Virus record (IMG/VR): IMGVR_UViG_3300032312_001296
Span: 1-30,196 of that record
Direction: 5' to 3' (one strand)
Length of the DNA: 30,196 nucleotides
Source of the DNA: a virus
Lineage: Duplodnaviria; Caudoviricetes
The translations under genes were made by a program, and so were the position numbers. This document shows positions 23,513 through 30,196 of the stretch, piece after piece; position 1 is the first letter of the stretch; the number at the start of each line of letters is the position of its first letter. Below the pieces are notes generated by a model that searched no databases, was not told where the DNA came from, and saw only the letters and a program-made list of their open reading frames with translations.

Positions 23513-26500
23513 GTACATTCTTGCAAGTTGCTCAAAATCCTGTAAGCGAAAAGATAACATTAGTCACTTTAGACTCTGTAAAAGAAGCTCGTTTATTTAC
23601 TCTACATTCGGGTACTGTTTATAAGAAACAAGTTGATTTCTTTGTGTCTGGTGTGCGTGAATATTACGATGATTATGTAAAAGTTGGTTCTATAGGGGCA
23701 ATCGTTCCAGGTTCATTTCATTACGATATTTCAACTAAGACAGTTTACCTTAAAACACTTGGAAGTGTTGACCCAAAAGATGTACTAGATTTAAGTCTTC
23801 GTTATAGACACTTCTTTTCAAATAAACCACTGATATTGCCATGGGACTTATCCACAGGTGAAGAAATCGAATGGCTTCCTTACATTCAGTCAATCGGTGC
23901 GGTAGGGCAGCAATTAGACGAAGAAGCGACTGGAATCGTTCTTGAGTCTAACTCAAGCATCACGCTAGTTAATCAAGGTTATTTCGACAATCTATATGAC
24001 ACAATGATATGGGAAAATAGACCTGCAACATTTTACGCATGGTTTAACGGTCTAGCTCTAACTGAAGTTAAAAAGATTTTCGACGGAGTAATTGACTCCA
24101 AAGACTACTCGCCTGAAACAATTTCATTTAAGGTTAAAGACTTTGTTTATAAGCTCAGGGATCAGCTGACCCATGGGGTGTTTTCTAGTGCTGACGGTGT
24201 TGTTTCCGATGCAGTTTTAGGAACACCGAAAAGAAGAATTTACGGTCAAGTAAAGCAAGTCAAGACGGTCGGTTGCGATCTTGTAAAAGATGGTTTTCTC
24301 GGAACAGGGACTATTACGATTGATACAAGCTTAACTAATCTCACTGGAACAGCTTCGGGCACGTTTCTAGCTAACGATTTGGCCGGTACGGTATCGGGCA
24401 CCATTGGAACTAGAACTATTACAGGCGTAGGAACTAGCTTTACAACTGCACTATCTATTAACGATAAAATAAGGGTTACGAACGGACTAGCAACTTACAC
24501 TTATACGGTCGAGTCAATTGCTTCAGCAACGTCATTAACTGTTAGCAGCAACATAACTATTTCATTCTCAACTTTTACAGCAAAGAACGCATCAAGAGGG
24601 AATAAGAAAGTTTATGGCATAGGAACATCGTTTCTTTCCCAGTTACAACAAGGGTCATCAATCCGCTTTAAAAATGGTGTGACTGAGTACAACTACAAAG
24701 TTGAATACATTAATTCCAATGTTGAGCTAACTCTAACTGAGTTTATTACGATTTCATTTGTAAACTTTACGATCATAAACCCAGACGCAAAAAGAAATAT
24801 AATTAACGGTACTGGCACGCAGTTTTTTACTGAGTTATCAGTAGGCGACGAGATTAAGGTTAATGTAAATGGAAATCTAATAACTGGAAAGGTTGATTCT
24901 ATCCCATCAAATACTCTTGTAAGTGTTGCCGACGAGATTACAGAACCAGTAACTAACCTATCTTTCATTATTGAACCTGAAGTTCATTATTGGAAGAATA
25001 ATCGTAAATGGCATATAGCAGGACACAAACTCAGAGAACCAACTACCACGATCACAAGTGTAATCGCTAACAATAGATTCATGCTTGCAAGCACAACGGA
25101 TATTTTTGCAGACGACAGGCTTCTTATTAATGGGAGTTTTGTAGTTGTTAGGCGAATAGTCGGAAATGAGCTAATAACTCAAACAGCTATTTCACCAGTC
25201 CCATCAGTAGGTGCAACGGTTAAAAAGTTGCCTATCCAAAATGTCTTTTTTGGCTTCCAAGAAATGATTTTCAATCGTGATTGGAATTATACCAATAGCG
25301 CAGAGTCATTTATTGAGTTCACTGATGATGCTGAATTTAACGTCACCAATGAGAAGATTTTAGGTGTGTCTCTTCAGTTTACTAATGGGTCAAGGTCTTT
25401 GGTCACATCTGGAACAGTGGACTTTAGAAGTATCTTAAAAGTCAGAGATAGAATCAGGAAAAACTCTATCATTAGTGGGGAAGGTGACTTTTACGAGATA
25501 GCTGACGTAAAAGAGCAGGAGGTTATTCTAAGGTCACCTTATACAGGTTCTACAGCGGTGGAAACTGCTTACATTAAAAACATTGCCTTTATTGATGATG
25601 ACTCTCTGATAACGGTAAACTGTTTAGGTATGGAAAAATCTGGTTTATGGATTAAGACAGCTTCAGACGCAGTAAAAGATATAATTCTAAACGATGCAGG
25701 GTTTACTGGAATAGATTCGGCCGCATTTGATAAGGCCAAATCAGACTGCGATTATACTCTATCAATCGTGACCCCGTTGCAAATAGGTCAACAAGCCGAG
25801 AAGGCTAGAGATGTTTTAACAAAGATAAATGAATCAGTTTTTGGAGCTTTATTTATTGATAGCTCTAACTTAATTTCTTATTCTATTTTAAATTCAGACA
25901 AAACAGAACTTCCAGAAACGGTCAAAGACGATGACATTATTTCATTTAGTGCTGACTCTATTGGTACTTATTACGATAAAATATCGTTAAGCTATCGCCC
26001 ATTTGTAGATCAATCAAGTGGCCAGGATACTTTCGACATAATCACTTATGATTCTGCTTTCGTGACCAACTATCTTGGAATCAAAAACACACTTGAGAAG
26101 ACCATTTACTTATATGACGATAGTAAAGCTACAATCATGGCGCAAAGGTTAGCTTTCTTTAACTCACTGAGTAAAACAAAGATCACTCTTCGGGGAAAGA
26201 TGAACTTCTTCCTTAAGTCTGTTGGGACTCTTTTGACTCTTAATTTAGACAGATTGTTTGCTAGGTTCGGACAAGGTGACAAAAGACGAATCGGGATTAT
26301 TACAGGAATTAAACGCTCCCAATATGATACTGAATTGGTTCTATCTGATTTAGGAAACGTCTTTAACCGAGTCCCCTCTATTGCGGCAAACACGACTCCA
26401 AATTATTCAACCGCAAGCGACAATGACAAGCTTCTTTATGGCTTCATCGTTGACAATAACACAAGAACACCTGACACTAGTACTGAAGTGGGTCTAGGTA

Positions 26501-26517
26501 ATAACTTAATAGGATAA
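23509..26517 (+). CDS. Tail tip/hub protein with internal repeats
   Basis: 1002 aa; IFDGVID, P.RIYG; four G.GT.F...L..GD.I-type repeats. Confidence 0.7.
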   Translation: MSTFLQVAQNPVSEKITLVTLDSVKEARLFTLHSGTVYKKQVDFFVSGVREYYDDYVKVGSIGAIVPGSFHYDISTKTVYLKTLGSVDPKDVLDLSLRYRHFFSNKPLILPWDLSTGEEIEWLPYIQSIGAVGQQLDEEATGIVLESNSSITLVNQGYFDNLYDTMIWENRPATFYAWFNGLALTEVKKIFDGVIDSKDYSPETISFKVKDFVYKLRDQLTHGVFSSADGVVSDAVLGTPKRRIYGQVKQVKTVGCDLVKDGFLGTGTITIDTSLTNLTGTASGTFLANDLAGTVSGTIGTRTITGVGTSFTTALSINDKIRVTNGLATYTYTVESIASATSLTVSSNITISFSTFTAKNASRGNKKVYGIGTSFLSQLQQGSSIRFKNGVTEYNYKVEYINSNVELTLTEFITISFVNFTIINPDAKRNIINGTGTQFFTELSVGDEIKVNVNGNLITGKVDSIPSNTLVSVADEITEPVTNLSFIIEPEVHYWKNNRKWHIAGHKLREPTTTITSVIANNRFMLASTTDIFADDRLLINGSFVVVRRIVGNELITQTAISPVPSVGATVKKLPIQNVFFGFQEMIFNRDWNYTNSAESFIEFTDDAEFNVTNEKILGVSLQFTNGSRSLVTSGTVDFRSILKVRDRIRKNSIISGEGDFYEIADVKEQEVILRSPYTGSTAVETAYIKNIAFIDDDSLITVNCLGMEKSGLWIKTASDAVKDIILNDAGFTGIDSAAFDKAKSDCDYTLSIVTPLQIGQQAEKARDVLTKINESVFGALFIDSSNLISYSILNSDKTELPETVKDDDIISFSADSIGTYYDKISLSYRPFVDQSSGQDTFDIITYDSAFVTNYLGIKNTLEKTIYLYDDSKATIMAQRLAFFNSLSKTKITLRGKMNFFLKSVGTLLTLNLDRLFARFGQGDKRRIGIITGIKRSQYDTELVLSDLGNVFNRVPSIAANTTPNYSTASDNDKLLYGFIVDNNTRTPDTSTEVGLGNNLIG

Positions 26518-26519
26518 AC

Positions 26520-27035
26520 ATGGCATTTACAACCATAAGCCCATCGGCAATACAGGTAGGAAGTGCGGTCAGAAAAGACCTATGGGACGTTGTTAAAGAC
26601 GACCTAGATGACTTAAACTCACGCCTAAACACTGTTGAGGCATCTGCTCCTAAGATTAAAGTAATCGAGTTCTATTGCCTTAATGCTTCTTCATTTTCAA
26701 CCGCAACAGGAATTTACTACTATAAGGCGGTAGATAACTTTACGCTAACAAGTGCATTCATTCAGATATTTGAGAAAGGTTCACTTACTGGTACGTTTGA
26801 GGCTGACATTAAAAAGAGCACAACTAATTTAGATGGACCTTCATTTTCTACAGTCTTCACAACAAAACCAAGTATCAACTTCTCAACAGCGGTTGATTAC
26901 CAAACATCAACTAACCAAGTTTTTGACCCTACTAAAGTTAGTATTGCGGTTGGGAACTATTTACGATTAGATTTAACTCAACTTCCTACAAGTGGAGTAA
27001 TGAGTAAATTTTTAATTACGGTTTACGGAGAGTAA
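26520..27035 (+). CDS. Minor tail protein
   Basis: MAFTTI start, VKDDLDDL, C-terminal IAVGNYLRLDLTQ. Confidence 0.6.
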   Translation: MAFTTISPSAIQVGSAVRKDLWDVVKDDLDDLNSRLNTVEASAPKIKVIEFYCLNASSFSTATGIYYYKAVDNFTLTSAFIQIFEKGSLTGTFEADIKKSTTNLDGPSFSTVFTTKPSINFSTAVDYQTSTNQVFDPTKVSIAVGNYLRLDLTQLPTSGVMSKFLITVYGE

Positions 27036-27036
27036 T

Positions 27037-27609
27037 ATGGCCGCACCTTTTATAATTCCATTTAATTTTCAGCCAGCTTCAGCACCATCTTTAAAAACAA
27101 CTTCATACACAATACCGTCTGGGAAGTATGCACAAATTGAAGATATTTATGGTGACAGCACAATAAACGGAAATAATACTTCTTATGATGTTGTGTTGCA
27201 TAACCAATCTCAACCAGCTTCAACGCTTAGCACTTATTACTATCAAGTTCCAAGGTTTTCAAAATACATTACATTTAATTTTTCAATAACAGTTAGTAAC
27301 GCTTCTAATTATGTTCAAATAAGGTCAGCAGAATATGGTTATAGTGGTACAACTTGGACACCAAACGTTACTGGAACATTAAGATTTTTATGGAATGGTG
27401 CAGGAACAACCACAACAGGTTTTGATAAAATTCCAAATTATGGGAATGGCTATTTGCAAGTACAAATGTGGAACAATACAGCCACAGTTAACGCAGTTAG
27501 CTGCTCAACAAGGTTTTGGAATTCAACAGACACTACATATTGGGTGCCTTCAGGAACAGTATTAAGCGGTTCAAGTTATTTAGTTACTGAATTTAACATG
27601 ATTTCATAA
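27037..27609 (+). CDS. Putative receptor-binding/tail accessory protein
   Basis: S/T/N/aromatic-rich; YTIPSGK and YWVPSGT motifs at the two ends. Confidence 0.5.
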   Translation: MAAPFIIPFNFQPASAPSLKTTSYTIPSGKYAQIEDIYGDSTINGNNTSYDVVLHNQSQPASTLSTYYYQVPRFSKYITFNFSITVSNASNYVQIRSAEYGYSGTTWTPNVTGTLRFLWNGAGTTTTGFDKIPNYGNGYLQVQMWNNTATVNAVSCSTRFWNSTDTTYWVPSGTVLSGSSYLVTEFNMIS

Positions 27610-27618
27610 AAGGGTTTT

Positions 27619-27957
27619 ATGTTTTGTTTTTTTAAAAATGATTCTTTAGTTAATTTCTGGTCTAACCAAATTGGCGATATTTTTTGTGAACTCACAATTA
27701 AAAGCATGAAATGGGAATCAGGTCAAATTGATCTTGTATTATATCCGTTACTAGATAACGTTCCTGAGCATTATGAATTTGATTCAGAAAAAAATTTTAT
27801 CATTAAGAAAAAGATTGTTACCCAAAACGAAGTAGTAAGCATTAACGAACTAGACGAAGAAGTTGTCACAATCGAAGAAGTTGTTACTTACGAAGTAGAA
27901 AGAACAATTAACCCGATCGTTTATTACACTAAAGGTTTAATGATTAAACCTTGTTAG
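27619..27957 (+). CDS. Hypothetical protein
   Basis: 112-aa acidic ORF after the tail genes. Confidence 0.65.
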   Translation: MFCFFKNDSLVNFWSNQIGDIFCELTIKSMKWESGQIDLVLYPLLDNVPEHYEFDSEKNFIIKKKIVTQNEVVSINELDEEVVTIEEVVTYEVERTINPIVYYTKGLMIKPC

Positions 27958-27964
27958 GAGATTT

Positions 27965-28105
27965 ATGCCGATAAAAAAAGGCTATTCTAAAAAGACAATC
28001 TCATCAAATATTAAAACAGAGATGAAAAGCGGCAAATCTCAAGCTCAATCCGTTGCGATTGCTCTAGATGTTGCTCGAAAAGCTAAGAAGAAAAAAAAGA
28101 AATGA
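27965..28105 (+). CDS. 46-aa very basic protein MPIKKGYSKKTISSNIKTEMKSGKSQAQSVAIALDVARK... (not in ORF track)
   Basis: AGGAG SD; ATGA-coupled to the endolysin; KQAVAIAL-type motif common in phage small basic proteins. Confidence 0.8.
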   Translation: MPIKKGYSKKTISSNIKTEMKSGKSQAQSVAIALDVARKAKKKKKK

Positions 28106-28488
28106 AGTATAAGACCAAAGAGCTTGAACAAACATTTGTTAAGATCAATCCTATCCTTATCAAGATAGCTCAGGAAATGGACGCATGGTCAGTAAGCTAT
28201 GACAAAACTGAAATTGTCATAACTGAAGCTCATACAACTTTAGAGCATGACAAGAAGGTAGGAAGAGTATCAGCAACACACCGAGAAGGTCGAGCTATTG
28301 ATATTCGATGCAATGATTGGGATAGTGTAAAGCTTGCCGATTTTCTAGTTTACTTTGATGCTAAATATAGAAGGTATGGCGCAGTCATAAAAGATGGGTC
28401 TAGGCGTTTTGTGCTGGCGCATGGTGAAGGAATGAATCTTCATATACACGTTCAAATTGGTCGAGATATAAAAAACAAAAGGAAATAA
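28102..28488 (+). CDS. Endolysin, peptidase M15-like (Hedgehog/DD-peptidase fold)
   Basis: SATHREGRAIDIR (H-x6-D) and HIHVQ (HxH) Zn ligands. Confidence 0.85.
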   Translation: MKYKTKELEQTFVKINPILIKIAQEMDAWSVSYDKTEIVITEAHTTLEHDKKVGRVSATHREGRAIDIRCNDWDSVKLADFLVYFDAKYRRYGAVIKDGSRRFVLAHGEGMNLHIHVQIGRDIKNKRK

Positions 28489-28489
28489 T

Positions 28490-28648
28490 ATGGAAGTTAT
28501 CATTCAAAACAAAGAAGTTATTCTAGTTTTTCTTCTCGCTCTTTCAGAAGTTCTGGCCCTTACACCAGTAAAGTCTAACTCTGTTTTCCAACTTGTTTGG
28601 AACGGTCTCAAGAAAGCTAAAGAAATTCTTGTAAAAAAAGCTCAATAA
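28490..28648 (+). CDS. 52-aa putative holin (not in ORF track)
   Basis: VILVFLLALSEVLALTPVKSNSVFQLVW plus basic tail; between endolysin and spanins; TAATG coupling. Confidence 0.7.
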   Translation: MEVIIQNKEVILVFLLALSEVLALTPVKSNSVFQLVWNGLKKAKEILVKKAQ

Positions 28649-28908
28649 TGCAATTTGCTTCTCTTGTCATTGCTTTTGCTAGGGCCATTCCAATTATTGA
28701 TAAATGGTTGGAGATGCTAGTTCTAGCTTATACTAAGCAGCGACAAGAGGAACTTATCAAACTTAATAAGAAGATAATTGATGAAGCTATTCAGAAACAA
28801 GACCAAAGAAAAGTCGAGTCTGAGAATTATTCTGGAAGGCCTAGCGGTAACGGTGTTACTGTTGACTCTTTGCCAAGGATGCGTAACCAGACAACGGATC
28901 AACGCTAA
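28648..28908 (+). CDS. Putative i-spanin (Rz-like)
   Basis: Hydrophobic N-terminus then coiled coil; overlapped by a lipoprotein ORF. Confidence 0.55.
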   Translation: MQFASLVIAFARAIPIIDKWLEMLVLAYTKQRQEELIKLNKKIIDEAIQKQDQRKVESENYSGRPSGNGVTVDSLPRMRNQTTDQR

Positions 28909-29119
28909 TCTTTGGTATGGTATCGCTATTCCTGAAGATATTTGCGAAAAGACTCCTGAAGTCAGGTCTTATGGCATATTTAGAAAGCTTAACGATGGGA
29001 AATTTGAATTCGTTTCCATTTGTTCTGATGAGTATCAAGACTTCTTTTCTATTCACAAAGACGATCTTGAAAGGTTATTAAATGAAGCAGGAATTAAACG
29101 GAAAAAAAGTTTTAACTAA
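28778..29119 (+). CDS. Putative o-spanin lipoprotein (Rz1-like; start uncertain)
   Basis: LAVTVLLLTLCQGC lipobox; overlaps the 3' half of the upstream gene in another frame. Confidence 0.55.
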   Translation: MMKLFRNKTKEKSSLRIILEGLAVTVLLLTLCQGCVTRQRINANLWYGIAIPEDICEKTPEVRSYGIFRKLNDGKFEFVSICSDEYQDFFSIHKDDLERLLNEAGIKRKKSFN

Positions 29120-29243
29120 GAAAGAGCAAGCTGATTACTGGCAAGAAAAATATCTAGAAGCTAAGACGAATGGCGATAAGAATAAGATGAAAATGTATGA
29201 AGCTATTATTATTAAGTTAGGATTTAAGCCTTCGAAGCTGTAA
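29082..29243 (+). CDS. 53-aa hypothetical protein MKQELNGKKV...KPSKL (not in ORF track)
   Basis: Open frame filling the gap at the end of the late operon; AAGG SD-like site. Confidence 0.5.
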   Translation: MKQELNGKKVLTKKEQADYWQEKYLEAKTNGDKNKMKMYEAIIIKLGFKPSKL

Positions 29244-29609
29244 CTGTTCTTCTATAACCTCAATAGAATCGGCAATAAAAGCAACTCCACCACCGTTATT
29301 AATTATTTCCAAGAAAAACAATTGGTCTTCACTAGCAAGCTTTTCAAGTTCTTCTTGAGTTCTATGCTTAACTTGAAGTGTCTTCTTTGATATATACGGT
29401 TTTTTAACTTCGATTGCTAGAAATCTTCCCTCATAAATGCCAAGAATGTCGGCTACACCATTTATATGATGTTTGTTATTAGACTTCCTAAAGATGCGCT
29501 TTTTAGGGTCAAAAATGCCAGTCGATTGATTTTTCCAGCAAAATATTTTATTTGCTCTTAAGTAGGTTAAAATTTGGTTTTCTACCATCTTCTCAGTAAT
29601 ATTTGACAC
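29217..29609 (-). CDS. VRR-NUC (PD-(D/E)xK) nuclease, putative Holliday junction resolvase
   Basis: TEKMVENQI, GVADILG, FLAIEVKKP, SEDQ..F, GGVAFI; likely GTG start at 29609 after AAGGA. Confidence 0.88.
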   Translation of the reverse strand: MSNITEKMVENQILTYLRANKIFCWKNQSTGIFDPKKRIFRKSNNKHHINGVADILGIYEGRFLAIEVKKPYISKKTLQVKHRTQEELEKLASEDQLFFLEIINNGGGVAFIADSIEVIEEQLQLRRLKS

Positions 29610-29669
29610 GACAATCCTTGAGTGAAACAATTTTAAAGTGTGGTTTACCCTTTCCACTTCCTCTCTGGG

Positions 29670-29703
29670 CCAGACTAGTCTTTACGGATGAAAACTAGTC
29701 TGG
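29670..29703. repeat. Intergenic inverted repeat
   Basis: CCAGACTAGT-14 nt-ACTAGTCTGG. Confidence 0.85.
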
Positions 29704-29706
29704 TTC

Positions 29707-30129
29707 TTAAACCCATTTCTTAACATTCTGACTTAAGTAGTAAGGAACTGAGTAGTCATTTTTCTCTTCACTAGGAAAATTATTCCCATGAGTAAATCCG
29801 CAAATGTGAGCGTATTCATGCAAAAGACAGCCTACTATTTCCGTTTCTGAAATATCATCAAGCTTTTTAATGTTGAAATAAATAGCTTTCCCATCAGTGT
29901 ATGCGATTGCTTTAGAAAACGGATTCCATGGTCTATATGAGAAAACATTAACAGGGTCACGTTGAGTAAGAAGCTTTAGGATTATGTCAGTAGACTTTCC
30001 AGAATTAAACCTCCAATCATCTTTTTGAAGTATGGCCAAAACCATAGGCGAGCTTCCTTTAAGAAGAAGCTGCGCCCACTTAATAGCATGAATCATTTTC
30101 TTATCTATTATGCAATTTTGGAAAACCAT
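29707..30129 (-). CDS. Zn metalloprotease with metzincin-type motif
   Basis: HEYAHICGFTH (HExxHxxGxxH) and downstream SVPY; likely start MVFQNC at 30129 after GGGGTG. Confidence 0.75.
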   Translation of the reverse strand: MVFQNCIIDKKMIHAIKWAQLLLKGSSPMVLAILQKDDWRFNSGKSTDIILKLLTQRDPVNVFSYRPWNPFSKAIAYTDGKAIYFNIKKLDDISETEIVGCLLHEYAHICGFTHGNNFPSEEKNDYSVPYYLSQNVKKWV

Positions 30130-30196
30130 TTTCACCCCTAACAATCATCTGGCAATTTTGAAGCTTTTCATTTGCGTTTTTAGCATCATAAAAAGA
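30074..30196 (+). repeat. Terminal direct repeat, right copy
   Basis: Identical to 1-123. Confidence 0.97.

Larger units (their letters stand above)
1..30196. mobile_element. Complete circularisable tailed phage genome (Caudoviricetes, siphovirus-like), 30,073 bp unit length
   Basis: Terminase-portal-scaffold-capsid-tail tube-chaperone-tape measure-lysis synteny; no sheath gene; identical 123-bp ends; no host housekeeping genes. Confidence 0.95.

Noticed and set aside
26520-27957. Diversity-generating retroelement acting on tail genes
   Set aside because: No reverse transcriptase gene and no template/variable repeat pair seen
3863-29056. Shadow ORFs (3863..4069, 7066..7302, 7388..7585, 7591..7794, 10528..10716, 11851..12042, 14226..14510, 15990..16331, 19832..20140, 20398..20586, 20693..20950, 22570..22776, 23308..23535, 24693..24968, 26106..26393, 28856..29056)
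   Set aside because: Antisense or out-of-frame within well-supported genes; no motifs
30074-30196. 123-bp repeat as a biological direct terminal repeat
   Set aside because: It cuts through coding sequence and has the size of an assembler overlap; read-end data would be needed to call real termini
1-30196. Stop-codon reassignment
   Set aside because: Core genes are full length in the standard code, and TAA, TAG and TGA all end genes at coupled junctions

Overview
The window is an apparently complete, circularisable genome of a small tailed dsDNA phage with a siphovirus-like layout. Bases 1-123 are identical to 30074-30196, giving a unit length of 30,073 bp. A leftward early operon (small ORFs, lipoprotein, ERF, Sm-like protein with a Ser/Trp/Arg repeat peptide, SSB, and across the junction a metzincin-motif protease and a VRR-NUC nuclease) diverges from a ~545-bp non-coding, hairpin-rich region. 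To its right lie a middle block (DnaQ/RNase H-fold exonuclease, HExxH protein, XRE HTH, HNH proteins) and a late block: terminases, portal, two paralogous morphogenesis proteins, scaffold, capsid, a 4.7-kb fibre/decoration island, head-tail proteins, tail tube, frameshifted tail chaperone, tape measure, tail tip, and lysis genes (M15 endolysin, holin, spanins). I could not recognise an integrase, DNA polymerase, helicase, primase, replication initiator, tRNA or CRISPR. A Gram-negative host, possibly Bdellovibrionota, is inferred. All calls come from motif recognition and synteny by eye; no searches were run.
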